A stretch of 63,093 nucleotides of DNA, filler included, from Octopus bimaculoides (taxonomy: Eukaryota), in assembly GCF_001194135.2 (NCBI RefSeq). It is 3 parts of 2 records of this genome, joined end to end, with 100 filler letters (N's around TTAATTAATTAA, not from the genome) between each part and the next. Parts side by side here need not be neighbours in the genome. Positions count along the whole stretch, not along the records: positions 26,330 to 54,139 come from NC_068990.1; 2 more parts are not named here. One strand, given 5' to 3'. The notes under the pieces were generated by a model. The model saw nothing but the letters and a program-made list of their open reading frames with translations. It did not search any database and was not told where the DNA came from. Position 1 is the first letter of the stretch, and each line of letters begins with the position of its first letter. Of the stretch, positions 35,894 to 50,900 are shown piece by piece. Both the position numbers and the translations under genes were made by a program.

Positions 35894-38800
35894 CATACAT
35901 ATGTATATATATAGCTATAGGTATATATAATGATATACTGTGGTACATATGCATTGAAACATGAAATATAAGATCAATTATCAAACTAATTTTTAAAATG
36001 TCGCGCTTTGTTAATTTAACAGTATATTATTTAAGTTATATTATATATATATAATGTCTACTTATAACCCCTCTATCGCATTCGTCCTATTATAATGTTA
36101 TATTTCCCTCTCTGGCAAAATTAAAGCTACAACAGAAATTACAGAAAACACTTTTTAATATAAAACTAAAAAAACAAAAACAAATATCACCTATTTTAAT
36201 TCCCCTTCTTTATATCTTAGATTAATTAAATTTTTTATTATAAGCTTAAGTTCAAAGGATATGAAAGAAAACTGCTTACTTAATCTTTTAAGAATTATAG
36301 AAAACCGGCACGTTGAGTGAGACTACTATGAATTCGTGCTGTATTCCCGAGCGGCAGCCTAAACTTCCCTGATCTTAAATTTTAATTATAAATTCATAAG
36401 AGATATTCATGTTTAGCTATTTCTAAATATACACTGCATAAATCGACCTCTCTCAATATGGTGAGTGAAAAAGGACTTGTAGATATTACCCTTTAAAAAG
36501 TCGAACCCTTGGCACAATTTTGTATTTAACTGAAAAGAGACTTGAACATAGAAAATGAAACTAAAGGCAAACTATTTAAGAACAAACAAAAACTTTTTCT
36601 AAATTTTCCCATTTGGTCAGAGCGTTTTTTTTTCCATACCTATAAAAAATGTAACAATGAAAACAACTGGAAATAATTTTTATTCGAAAAGTGCTTTTTA
36701 TAAAAGTAGTGAAATATAGGCGCTTCAAAAGCTCTTGATATATGTATAAATATATATATANNNNNNNNNNNNNNNNNNNNNNNNNNNNNNNNNNNNNNNN
36801 NNNNNNNNNNNNNNNNNNNNNNNNNNNNNNNNNNNNNNNNNNNNNNNNNNNNNNNNNNNNNNNNNNNNNNNNNNNNNNNNNNNNNNNNNNNNNNNNNNNN
36901 NNNNNNNNNNNNNNNNNNNNNNNNNNNNNNNNNNNNNNNNNNNNNNNNNNNNNNNNNNNNNNNNNNNNNNNNNNNNNNNNNNNNNNNNNNNNNNNNNNNN
37001 NNNNNNNNNNNNNNNNNNNNNNNNNNNNNNNNNNNNNNNNNNNNNNNNNNNNNNNNNNNNNNNNNNNNNNNNNNNNNNNNNNNNNNNNNNNNNNNNNNNN
37101 NNNNNNNNNNNNNNNNNNNNNNNNNNNNNNNNNNNNNNNNNNNNNNNNNNNNNNNNNNNNNNNNNNNNNNNNNNNNNNNNNNNNNNNNNNNNNNNNNNNN
37201 NNNNNNNNNNNNNNNNNNNNNNNNNNNNNNNNNNNNNNNNNNNNNNNNNNNNNNNNNNNNNNNNNNNNNNNNNNNNNNNNNNNNNNNNNNNNNNNNNNNN
37301 NNNNNNNNNNNNNNNNNNNNNNNNNNNNNNNNNNNNNNNNNNNNNNNNNNNNNNNNNNNNNNNNNNNNNNNNNNNNNNNNNNNNNNNNNNNNNNNNNNNN
37401 NNNNNNNNNNNNNNNNNNNNNNNNNNNNNNNNATATATAGTGTCTTCGTGCTTTCTTAAAGGTTACCTTTGATCTTTCACCGGCTGTGAATAGAAATTAT
37501 CAGGAACTCTGATGATTCCATAACGGAAGCATCGGTGCATTTGACACTCTTTTCTTAACTTTTATGCATGTCTCTTGTGAAACTCACGTCTATTAGTTCT
37601 TACGAATTCAACCTAACGAGTTATCTCTATCTGTCTCTCTCAATCTCTGTGTCTCTAACTCTATCTCTCACTCCAGAGCTTCGCTGCGGGGCATTGGAGC
37701 TAACTTGTAAGCAGCACTTGTTATAATAAAACAATTCACTGCAAAAATTCTGAATCACTAACTGTTGACTTCTCTGCCCCTCATTTCTCCTCGTCTGCTT
37801 TTAAAAAAAGATACTGGTATATTAACAAATAATATTTGCTTAACGATAATACATGACTAACTAAATCAACAATAGTTTCGTTCCTTTGCAGTTGATATCA
37901 GGCCTTTTAGGGAAAATTTACCTACAAGACCTGAGTATAATTAGGGACAATGTTAATAAAGATATCCCAACTTTCCACGTTTTGGTGATAACCGAAACGA
38001 ATTATTCACATAATTCAGATTCAATCATAGAAATTGCAGCTAATTCATCATATATTAAGAAAATGCTAAGTGTTGTAAAGATGTATTGTTCAAGCTAGAT
38101 CAATTTTAAAATGTGCTTTTACTAATTTTTTTTTTCTCGGAAAAGCATATTAATAGCTTTAGTGTTATATATCCTTTGAGAAATACAACATTTCTAAGGA
38201 TGCGAATTTAGTTTCAGTAAATATAGTTAAAATGTTCCCATGCTCTCATGAAGATATCAACAAGTCTCGTACCACTATTAGTCACTGTCTGCTTCAATGG
38301 GTATTTTTGACTAAAAATATTTATAGAAATCGTACTTTCATTTTCAACTATCAACGGTTTCTATTTAATATTAAAAAGTCAAAAGAATCAGCTCTCAATA
38401 TGCTGCTGGTTTTTTCAAACAAACAAGACGCAAAAAAAAGACAAATTCTGTTTTCAGATTTTCATTAAATTATGCAATTGTATTATTACAATTGCAATTG
38501 TATTATTATGCAATTTTATTATAACGAATGTTACTTTTTATGTATTATTCTTCTTTCTAGCCAAACATTAACGATGAATGCTTTTTATTTTCCAGCCAAG
38601 TTGAGAATTTTACTTTTACATCTCATTCATGTGCTTCTAACCTATAGTTCATTGATGTTTGCTGTATAGAGGAAATGATATGCTCTTCATATTTCTTTTT
38701 TAATAGTGATAAGTGATTATGTGATTACAAGTGGCGATTTTCTTTCAACCTCCCTTTTACAATATAACCATTGTTTACATAAGGATAAAGATAACTTATT

Positions 38801-39216
38801 TGCTGAGATCTATTATTCTAATAAATCTAAGCTCTAAACGAATTAGCATAGTTTAACATACTGAAAAAAGCATATATGCAAACAAATTACCTATAATAAA
38901 GAGTAAATTGCGTGTTGGTAAGTCAGGCTACAATTTCCAGATTCAATTTCTTGAAACTGGTGAGAATATATTCCCGCTCTTATTGTAAACATTTCTGTAT
39001 ATACAAACATTGCTATAAGCGCTTGTACATTTTCTAAGAAAGTGAGGAAAGTGCAAATCATTGTGTATAAATTTCAATTTTCTTGAGATTTCTGAATTGT
39101 ATACGCAGTTATCTTGCTGCTGTGGCGTGATATTTCAAGTGAATCAACTTTCTATGAAAGTAGGTCTCACTACTGGCCAATTGAATAAAATCATATGCAA
39201 TTCCATCACTGAAGCC

Positions 39217-39287
39217 ATATCAATTTAGACGGCTGGATCTAATATCAGATTAGACGGCTGGATCTCATATCAGATTAGACGGCTGGA
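39217..39287. repeat. 25-bp tandem repeat, ~2.8 copies (atatcagattagacggctggatctc)
   Basis: Units start at 39217, 39242 and 39267. Confidence 0.9.
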
Positions 39288-40959
39288 CCCTTTTTCTATA
39301 GACACACACATGCATATACATACATACATACATACATACATACATACATACATGTATAGTGAAAGAAAACAACCATGAAAGTGTTATATCTTAGTCGTCT
39401 TAGTAGGATTCTATAGATATGTAAGTACCAGTTTCAATGTAAACCGTAGATCCGATCCGATCCGACTCAGCTAGTTCTAGGTGCGGCGTAGGTATAAAAA
39501 AGAACTTAAGTGGGGGTTTAAAATTCACAAGCGCTATTTCGGTAAAAATATTTTAAAAGTATTCGTAGATTACATCTTAGCATATAATCCAGTATCAGAT
39601 ACACACCTGTTTAAATTAAATGAAGATGGCGGAATATATGCTCTGATGCAATTTAGGAATACATAAAGTTCTACCGTTACAGCCGTCGTAAATGCCAAAC
39701 CCCATTTGTTCTTTTATAATATATATATATGTGTGTATACATACATATATATATATAGATAATCAAATCTATAATTACAGGTTAATCGGCAGAAGGAAAG
39801 AGTCATTCTTATTAGTGCAAACACGTGAAAACTCATTTATTATACGTCGCTTGTATCACTCAAACCCGTGGTCGATACATATTGAAGTGTTGAGTGATGT
39901 TTCACGCTAAGTAAAAAATGTTGCTTTCACCCGTTTTAAAGATACATACATTATTGATAGTTAACGGTGTACTTTTTAATTATGCTTCTTGCAGTAGAGA
40001 ATGATATTTATGCTCTATGTATCTGTGCAGTCGTGATTATGACAATTGAGAATATCATCCACTCGCTCAATGCGGCTGTGGTAACCACACATGAATATTT
40101 ATCTCTACGGTTGATATTCTTAAAGGCTGGCACAGTAATTAAACTGTCAAAATATTGTCAAGTATCTCTTGCGTAAATTAGTGGAATTCGTTACTATTCC
40201 ACCATACATCGTTTGAATTATTGATTGACCAAGTTCATCGAGTCTCTTGATGCTCATTGACTTGTGACTGGTTGTTTTTACCTGAGCTCTTCACTCTTGT
40301 TGACTAAAACATTTGAAGTTCTCGAGTCCAATCTACTTAAGTACAAATATATAGGCAGTGCAGATGTCGTTATTTAGTACTAGCTCAGATCCGAATGAAC
40401 AGAATTATGATCAGATGCATTCCAGCCGTAATCACCAGATCTAGTATATATCTAAAACTACAGTATCAAATCTGCTTTTCTTTCACAAGACAGTGAGATT
40501 CAATTTCAACGATAATTAGGCACTACTTCTAACAGCACAAATTACCACGTGATATTGCCCTTATAGGCTCGTTTAGTTGTACAGCACATCGTCTTCGTAA
40601 GCCAAAGTATCAACTTACTAATGATTAATGTTCCGTTACTTAGTTCCAACACTCCAATAAGAGGGACTCGGAGTGAATTATAATAATTATATAAACCGTA
40701 TCAAGTTTTTATTGCTTACCATGAGATCAGGTGTCATTCACACATCTGCTATATTCTGGTTAGGGTTTCAAACAAAGGAATTCTGTACAAAATATTTTAT
40801 CAACAAGTAAGGATGCTGTTTTGAATTAGAAAGTATTTGAGGTCAAACTTTTTAACATAACTTAATTCTGCTATAAGACCGGACAAATATATTTCGAAAC
40901 ATATAGAATGTTAAATATTTTTATCAATATTTTTATCCCAGCAAATAAGTTATTGCCTT

Positions 40960-41050
40960 ATGTATGTATGTATGGATGGATGGATGGATGGATGGATGGA
41001 TGGATGGATGGATGGATAGATGGTTGGATGGATGTATGGATGGGTGGATG
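40960..41050. repeat. (TATG)n-(GATG)n microsatellite
   Basis: Directly visible. Confidence 0.9.
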
Positions 41051-43614
41051 TGTCAGTGTATATCAGCGTGCATTTACGTTTGTGTATGTATGCATGTATA
41101 TACATGTCTCTTGCGTAAATTAGTAGAATTCGTTAATATTGCACCATACATCGTTTGAATTATCGTTTGACGAAGTATATGTATATATGATATATTATAT
41201 CATATTATATATAAATCATAGTATAATATAATATTTCATGTATATATCATTTCTTTAGTATCAAGCAATAACTGCAAAATTTGAAGATCTCTTGTTATCT
41301 TCCAAATGAAGTAGACACAAAAGTATTGTTGCTTATGTAGCACTTGAAATTGACTTAAATTGCCTCGCTTTGGTCCTCAACTCCTTGTGGAGTTGTAGAT
41401 GAACTGACGTGACGTAGGTGTCTGATTTTGACATTTTCAGAGCTGACGGAGTTCAACACTTGTCACTTATGACCAACGCAAAATATCTTTTGAAAAGTGA
41501 CAGATATAAAATATACAACGTGTTGTATCAACCAGCGTGTCGGAATGGTTGTTTATTTTCCAACCCCCAAAGTATGAAAGTCGAATTTGATTGGGCCTGG
41601 CAATCTTTCAAACGTTCTAGGAACTTGGCCTCACATTTTGTATTAGGCTGAAAAAGAAAGATGACTCAGAAAGTCTTCGTCAGAGTTAAATGTACTAAAT
41701 CTTTTGAAACTATACAAAATAAACTGCGTAAATATCGAAAGAACACCTGTGCAATAAATGAAAGTAGTTATAAGTAAATGGAGCTAATTTGCTATACCAG
41801 CTAAATACATGTACTTAATAAAATCATGGCAATAGACATAGTTTTCATGCACACTTCCTTCAGAAACGTGCTGAAGTCAAGAAATATTAATGGACTTGGG
41901 AACATGTTTCAAATTAAATGTTAGCTAATAATAAAGAAACATTTAAAGAGCAACGCTAGAAGAAAAACATCCCCGTCAGTGAGAAGCATGTTTAAAATGT
42001 GTTTCACAATCAACCTTGTTCCCTAAATATGAAAATACATGAATGTCCATTGACGTATACATGCTTATACATTTATGTACACATGTATATAAATTTATCA
42101 AAAAAGGATCAGTTTATATAGATATATTGATAAACGGCAATGCCCTTTTTATCGGGAATTTAGAATTATATAAACACAGCACAGCCATTCAAAAGATGCA
42201 GATTATGCATGAGTGAGACCCATGGAAAAGAATAAGTGAAGAAAGTGAAAGAGGGAAAAGTGTGAGATTGGAAAACCCTAGCAACATATAACAGTCGTAA
42301 TAATTATGTTGTATTTAAATAACATAAACAGTGAATCTGTATGAAAACTAAGCTAGAAAACATATCGGAGAAATGCTATTTCTCTGTCTTCTTGCCTTCG
42401 AATTTCTTTTATATCAGTAGTACATGCTGTCACAAAAAGTGTTCTTTCGGTATTTTTTCTCTCCGAAACATCAGTGAATTGGGAGATGAGAATTAACGAA
42501 TTTATTCATAGAACTATAATTCAACGCAGTCTTAAAGAAAATAAGAAACCGATGTTATGCTATCATTGCAAAAAAACATAGGTTTCGATTTGGTATATCC
42601 AGCTGGCTTTTAAGTCTGATATTATGATTTAACTTCAATATCATTCGATTTTCATTTGAAAGCATAAAGAAAACCACTCATATTTATACATTTATTTATA
42701 TCTGTNNNNNNNNNNNNNNNNNNNNNNNNNNNNNNNNNNNNNNNNNNNNNNNNNNNNNNNNNNNNNNNNNNNNNNNNNNNNNNNNNNNNNNNNNNNNNNN
42801 NNNNNNNNNNNNNNNNNNNNNNNNNNNNNNNNNNNNNNNNNNNNNNNNNNNNNNNNNNNNNNNNNNNNNNNNNNNNNNNNNNNNNNNNNNNNNNNNNNNN
42901 NNNNNNNNNNNNNNNNNNNNNNNNNNNNNNNNNNNNNNNNNNNNNNNNNNNNNNNNNNNNNNNNNNNNNNNNNNNNNNNNNNNNNNNNNNNNNNNNNNNN
43001 NNNNNNNNNNNNNNNNNNNNNNNNNNNNNNNNNNNNNNNNNNNNNNNNNNNNNNNNNTATATATATGAAATTTTACATCTATCGCATTGTATGGCAGTTA
43101 AGACCGGCTCCACTTGAGAAAGGGAGATAATTTCAAGAATCCAGAATTCCCCAAAGCTAACAAGCATTAAAGTTAAGGACACGTTTCTTTTTCGGGAGAA
43201 AAGAGGACATTCATGAACTCGCCAACCTGTGTTCTGCCTCAATAGTCGTCACTCAGACTTATTTCTCTTAACTCATGTTCCTTCAAATAATGTAAATTAC
43301 TTAAGCCATACATGTGTTCTACTCTGCATATATATCAATGTCCCTTGGCTGCTAAAGATTATGTTTGACAACTGTCGTGTTGATGAATTGTATTGAACCA
43401 GAAACACTTGTCCCTTAAGGTTCAAACAAAAATACTGTCCCTTTCACAAATAACAAATCAGATTTGAAGAATTTTTGATTCCCGTGATTATCTCCCTTTC
43501 TGATACGGAGCTGTTTTTAATTGCCTTGCGGTAATGAAGACACATCCTCTACAGTGAGAGATGAATTTTATAAATCAAAAATTTATGCTGTATAATATTT
43601 CATATACCTGTAGT

Positions 43615-43701
<87 letters not shown>

Positions 43702-44599
43702 TTATACATATCTGCATAAGTATATATAATGTATATATCAGTTATATTCTATATTATTATACATCCATGACACATTACAAACTAGTACGATTATTACATA
43801 CCTGTTCCTATAATTTGAATTGCATTCCTTAAATTTATAACTGTAGAGCCGATATTGTCAGCTCGATGTGTATTTTTGGCATCGGAATCGTTAAGGCTGA
43901 GTTTAAATCTTTCTACGAACTTTCAAAGTATCATCTGGTCTTCTGAACAACTCACCCTCTCAAATTACAAAACGTTAATCCTTTTGGCAATTCATACGGC
44001 CGATTGTTGGTCATATTCAACTCTTTTTACTTCTATATACAATAGATCTTTTACGTTTACAGTATGTGGAGATGCTTCATAAAAAATTGGAGATCTTCCC
44101 GTAATACGAAATATTCCTCAAGGGAGTATAATCTATTCAGTTTGCTTCGTCTTAGAAAATGCATTAATATAATAACTGTACACTTCTAGTTTCGGAATGA
44201 AATAATGCATGGCAACTGTACTTAATGTAGCAAATAGGCTCTAGCTTATTAGGTAAACGACCATCAGTGTTGATTCATTATAGCCTTTAATGTAATAAAT
44301 AATATTGGGATTCGTTTAGTTTTTGATCTCTTTATTAACAGTTCCTTAATGACTTCATATAATTTATGGTTATGTAATATATTCAAACAAAATATAATTA
44401 TCAATCAGATTTATGAACAATTTTGATATTTTACAATTTATGTAAATTATCTTTATCTCGTATTTCTGTATAGTGGGGGCAAATCCAAAAGTATCATAGA
44501 AGGGCCAGATTGCTCTTAAGAATGCTTACAGCATTTGATTTTCTGATTTGTCTGATCAAATGTCCTGCCAATGACATGAGTCTAGTGAAAAGTGAGATA

Positions 44600-44880
44600 G
44601 AAAATTATGATAACCTACAGTTTAATATCAACCAATAATATTCTATATTCAGACAGATAACCGACTCTTTTATTTCGGTTATAATTATCAATAATGTTAC
44701 TTGTAGCAAAACCAAAATGGCTATCACGTAGCCATAATATTTGGCAACAATAATTAAGCTGCATATTTATATGATGATCATTTATATGTTCGATCATTTT
44801 CTGAAGCTTACCAAAGTTATCTCTAAACAACGTGGATTTTGTACTCTTGAAAAACATCAGTAATAATATTTAGTTTACTT
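44600..44880 (-). mobile_element. Possible highly decayed Penelope-like RT remnant
   Basis: FFKSTKST..F..EHINDHHINMQL loosely resembles the PLE post-YxDD motif (F...LN..H.NI.FT); weak. Confidence 0.25.
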
Positions 44881-47676
44881 ACATATATTCTGAATTGTCT
44901 TGACAATTATAATTGTTTATCACTCTCATCTAACAGAATAATTGGCTAACAAATATTAATCAAAGTCTTGGTTTCTAGATATATGCTTTTCAGATAGTAA
45001 TATCTCGATTTGTAACTATAAAATTTTATACAGAATACCTGGCATAAAATGTTTTATGAATTCCCTTAAAGTTATTATGAATGAGACTTATATGTTGGTT
45101 ACTGTTTTAGTGTCAATAAATGAAACCAATCATGTGATTATAAATAATTCTGAAAAGAATAGTTTTCAGTCAATATATACTTTTTCCTTCGATAAAGTTT
45201 AATCTGCTCATTAGACATTTTAATTCAGTCGTATCTTGGTTTAATTTTAAAATATTTTATTCATTGTTTTAATCAAACTTGGAATAGAACTGATAATAAT
45301 TCAAATGATAAGTGAAGTAGTATATTTTGTCGACCTTCTTATTCATACAAGTTACAGAATTGTATTTTTTAGTTTGTCATTTTCTAGATTACTTGCAATT
45401 AGCTTCAGAAGAGGAAAATAGTTACATATTAAGTTTAATATAGCGGAGGAGATTTTTTAAAACAATTAAAATTTATGGTAGCGTATGTCCTGATAGAAAT
45501 TATGTACTTATTAAACCATTCAGAATATAACTTCAAGCACACAATGTTTTTGATAAAACTTGAAATTATAGATTGTATATTTATCTAAATTAAATTGTTT
45601 GGTTTGAGTTTAGCTTTTTGTTACGCTGCAAATATTATATATTGGCTATTATTTTTGAGGTGGCTCCTTAGATCAGAGCTACTCTATCAAGTTATCAATA
45701 ATTTAGTTGCATCGTTGAAGATACTCACAATGTATAATACAAAAGTATTATAGACTACAATATGTGAAAAAGAAGCTTATAATTGCAGACATGTCTGTGG
45801 AATGATATTCTTGGAAATTTGACACTAATGTTATTTATTAAACATTGTGCATCCTACTAAAACTTATGTAGTTTCTAGCGATTGTGTATAGAGACCCCAT
45901 TAATCATATTGTTGGATAGCATTCAGAGCAGCCATTGCAGCAGAAAGCCAGGTAAGATGTTTGTCGCTCTTTCTCCACATGTTGCACTTAATATCCAGTG
46001 TTCCTTGATCTATTTGTTGTGTTATTCTATATGCATAGTAGTTATTGTTTTCTAAATGGTAAAATTTTCTATAAATATATTTCGATATTGCAATAAATGT
46101 AATTATGATTTGTTTTCTCTAATCAGCAGAGAAATATTTGGATGGTGTCGTTTTGCTTTGTTCGTGAATGCTTATATTAATTTTTGTTTTAATTTGATTG
46201 CAACTTAATTATTTTATGCTTACGCCTATTTATTCGTACAGAATATTCAAAACTTATAAAGTAAAAAAAATAATATCACCTAAGGCCTTCAAGTAGAAAA
46301 GCATCTCTCTAATAGTTTAACTAAACAGATATTAAAAGTAACTATTTTTAGCTTGTTTTAATTCTATGTCAGATGCTGTGAAATTAAGGCCTCGATATCG
46401 ATTAAATTATGTGGAGATTAAAATCTAAATACAAATATTCAATAGTTAATAATTACTCTCTCTCTCTCTCTCTCTCTCTCTCNNNNNNNNNNNNNNNNNN
46501 NNNNNNNNNNNNNNNNNNNNNNNNNNNNNNNNNNNNNNNNNNNNNNNNNNNNNNNNNNNNNNNNNNNNNNNNNNNNNNNNNNNNNNNNNNNNNNNNNNNN
46601 NNNNNNNNNNNNNNNNNNNNNNNNNNNNNNNNNNNNNNNNNNNNNNNNNNNNNNNNNNNNNNNNNNNNNNNNNNNNNNNNNNNNNNNNNNNNNNNNNNNN
46701 NNNNNNNNNNNNNNNNNNNNNNNNNNNNNNNNNNNNNNNNNNNNNNNNNNNNNNNNNNNNNNNNNNNNNNNNNNNNNNNNNNNNNNNATATATATATATA
46801 TATATAAGCATATATATATACACATATATACATATATATATAAATATATATGTATATATATATGGATAGATAGATAGATAGATAGATTTTATCACGCGCA
46901 TTAGAAATCATTGAATAGAGGAATTAATTATGAAAAAAAGCACAATTTATCTTTTAAATATAAAGTATTATGCTTTCAGTCAGGAAAAGCAAACACATAA
47001 TCATTTGTAATTACACTAAAGTTTTCGTAAGCCTTGTTTTGTGATGTAAAAAAAATGACTGAAATTTGAAATTAATAATCTAAGAATTCAGTCGTCTTTA
47101 ATAAGTAGTTTATGTAACTCACATGAAGGCTCCTTTGGCCATTACACTTCCATTCAAAATCTAAAAATTATGCATTTGAGTGGAACACTTATATGTTCTG
47201 AATATTATTTATTAATTTTCATATATTTCCATACACGAAGCCTTTTAAGTGTATGTGCCTAAATGAATTTGAATGACACATAGATGTATATAATTACTAA
47301 ATCTAGCAAACATTATGTGCTAGTTAGCGACAGCTCGTATTTTGCTGAGATCCCCATACGTTTATCCCACTATTGTACGAGTAAAGCAAATAGAGTAAGA
47401 TATGAGAAACAGACTACACGAAACAGAGTTCAAAATATAATATCCGATGTTTACTCATCGTTATAAAATAGAAGAAAGCTACCTGATTACTTAACCGGAT
47501 ACATACAGTACCACAAATCGTACACCATCGTCTTTGGAAACAAAAGTGAGGTAGATATTGTAATCTGAAATTCACGTCTTTATGATCGTGAATTTACAAG
47601 ATTCTCACAATGATGAGTCGACTTGTAGGAGTTCGTCAGTATCTTTCTTATTCTGATAAATCGTTATTGTTATTAT

Positions 47677-47800
47677 GTGAAGGCGCGTGGCTTAGTAGTT
47701 ATGGTATTCGGCTCCCGATTGTAAGGTCGTAAGTTCAGTTCCTGACAACTCATTGTGTCCTTCAACATGACACTTTATTTTTACGTTGCACTCAGATGGC
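47677..47800 (+). mobile_element. tRNA-derived SINE 5' fragment
   Basis: gtgaaggcgcgtggcttagtagtt (A box) and aagttcagttcc (B box), followed by ttgtgtccttcaacatgacactttattt. Confidence 0.7.
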
Positions 47801-47927
47801 ATAGACTATCAAATAAACAACTCACCGCATAACTGCGTCATGATGATCTTGAATTTACATGATTCTCTCATAATGATGAGTTGATTTACAGGAATTCATC
47901 AGTATCTTTCTTATTCTGATAAATTGC

Positions 47928-47963
<36 letters not shown>

Positions 47964-50900
47964 GCAGTGTCTATACCGTGGACACTCCTTACAAGGAAAA
48001 TAGAAGAATGAAATGGGCCACTGAAAGCATATTTAGTGTGGTTTCAACATTAATTGTATTCTAAATAACACTCAAAATTAATACTCTGAGCGTTGAGAAG
48101 CATGTATACAATCGATGCAATTACTGCTTCAAGTGTTGTAGATATAAATAAACAATATTAAGCAAAATATCATAAAAGCAATCTCTCTGTGAAATCTATC
48201 AGAAATATACATTGGCATTCCTACTATTTGATTGCAATATGATAATTCGAACAGTAATATTTTTCATATGACATTTTAAAATATTTCAATGTCAGTTATA
48301 ATTCCAGCACAAAACTCAAATACATAAATGTGTATCAGTAGCAACTTTAGTATATATGGCTTAAACTTATTTTCTTATTAAAATGTACATAAAACCCATT
48401 ACTTAATATTTTCTCGGGAACATTTGGTGAAAATATACAAGCCTCTGAGTTATGTTGATAGCTTCTTTAAATAATGTAAACTGAGGCGCAGGAGCAATAT
48501 AAATATCTTCAGATAGATGCATTCATATACTACCTCTATTTTAAAGGTATTTCGTATCATGTATTGCTACGATCTTTGATAACGATTGCACTTCTTAGGG
48601 ATTAATTCATTCAAGCGTATTATGCAGAGAATGTTTCGGAAAGACACATGTCTCCGTTTCTCAAACCTGAAGATGGTTTGATGTTGTCTGTTTCAAACAC
48701 ATTGGAAAAGTTATATTGAAAGTTACCTTTCCTATGTTAAGGAAGCGAACTCTCAAGACTCTCAAATTGCTATATAAAAAAGTATGAATACCTGTTTTCA
48801 TGCAAAAAGATATTGCATGGTTATGAGGGCTAACCTCTCTGAATATACTTCATAAACGCTACCTCGAAAGTTACGGGAAAACTACCTTTTAGATTATCAT
48901 AATTATCTTGCTTCTCAGTAATTATCAATATATTTTCAATAGAACACGTATGAGTCTGAGATGTGCTCTCCTGCACTAATGTAATAGAACAGTGTTTTCT
49001 CTATCTTGAGAACTTGACATCAGCAAATCTATGGTTTGAGGCTAGCTGTAAACATTCTTGATATATGCGTATGTAGTTCTATCTTTCGATTCTAACGGAA
49101 GGATTTTCGAAGTTGACACCTTATTATTGTATTAATACTATACATGGGTATTCTGGATATTCAGCTATTCCTTCTACATTCTTGTGTCTCTATATAATTT
49201 GCTGATAACCACACATAATCTGATGCAAATGTTACCAACTTCATTTCATTCTAATCTTAGTCTCTTTGTTAAGCGAACTAAACCTTTCGTGCATATTTTC
49301 TGTAAATTCAGACTCTGAAAATAGCCTTTTATCGGAACGTGGCATCTTCATCTACTAATATAACGATACAAAGATTTTATCAACCACCTCGTGTATAAAA
49401 CACATTACAGTTGCTAGAAGTACTATGGGCCGCGATTTATGATAGCCTCCAATTAGGGACTTAACATATTAACATAGCTAAATTTTCGTCCTCAAATTTA
49501 CTTTATACATCAAGGTTAGAAAATATTTCAGAACCAACCATTTACTTTTTAAAAAACAAATGTGATCCAGAATAAAGCACTGTGCAATATCTGTTACATT
49601 GCTGCAAGAACATACTCAAATACCCTACGTCAATTTAATAAATTTAATAAACCGCAATGTTTATATATCGTCATTTAATAAACGGCAATGTTTATATATC
49701 GTCATTTACCACAACCTAAAACAGACTCAGCTATTTTAATTTAGCAAACAACTTATTGTTACTGGCCTCTTGATACAAAGGCATAACATTTTATCATCTC
49801 TACAATATCTTATACCTAGCCACAACACTGCACACGATTTCTCGTGTTTTCCCTGTAGATACAACTCAAACTGAACGCCTACCGAATGGATCACACAATT
49901 TAGAGTATCTAAGTACTTGAAGATATCATTCATTCCTTATGTCTCGTTGCTAAATTTAATGAAATATCTCAACTTCTGAAATGTATTGACATATCGACAT
50001 AAACGATGATGATTATAGAGGCAAGAATTAAAATCGCTGAAATACACAAGTGTTTTAATTACTTATAAAATTTTATTTCTGTGTGTATAAATTCATTCTA
50101 ATAAAAGAACATTAAATTAAATATCATATAATATTACAGACGGTAGACATATATAGTTATTAAAATATCTCCTGAATTAATATTAATTTAAAACAATGTT
50201 GCGCACGTGCAATGCTATATATGTTGTGTACTTCGTTGATTAGTGTTTTTTTCTCTGAAATTTTTATCATTTTAAATTCCTAATTTTGTAGCAAGCTTGA
50301 ATTCATTTATTCTGTGTTTTCTGGATTTTTTTATTTTTTTCGTTTCACTTACTTCAGAGAAATTTTTCCTTTCCTTTAAAATTACTGCTGACTGGTTGAT
50401 TATTTTCATATTTTTCAATCCATCTATTTGTCCACATTCTGATATTCTGATTTGATCATTTCCTACAACTTCGTTAAGAAGTCATCTTGGNNNNNNNNNN
50501 NNNNNNNNNNNNNNNNNNNNNNNNNNNNNNNNNNNNNNNNNNNNNNNNNNNNNNNNNNNNNNNNNNNNNNNNNNNNNNNNNNNNNNNNNNNNNNNNNNNN
50601 NNNNNNNNNNNNNNNNNNNNNNNNNNNNNNNNNNNNNNNNNNNNNNNNNNNNNNNNNNNNNNNNNNNNNNNNNNNNNNNNNNNNNNNNNNNNNNNNNNNN
50701 NNNNNNNNNNNNNNNNNNNNNNNNNNNNNNNNNNNNNNNNNNNNNNNNNNNNNNNNNNNNNNNNNNNNNNNNNNNNNNNNNNNNNNNNNNNNNNNNNNNN
50801 NNNNNNNNNNNNNNNNNNNNNNNNNNNNNNNNNNNNNNNNNNNNNNNNNNNNNNNNNNNNNNNNNNNNNNNNNNNNNNNNNNNNNNNNNNNNNNNNNNNN

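Noticed and set aside
37505-37610. CTGATGA followed by a ttcc/ggaa stem, and a separate GAAAC-tcac-GTC
   Set aside because: The halves are ~70 nt apart and do not assemble into one hammerhead core.
39140-39159. 20-nt micro-exon candidate (V)NQLSMK with GTAGGT donor, resembling the recalled NF70 segment DSQISMK
   Set aside because: Weak AAG acceptor, no pyrimidine tract, the recalled D and S are not kept, and no downstream MMRGE exon was found; likely chance. Junction reads from 34432 would settle it.
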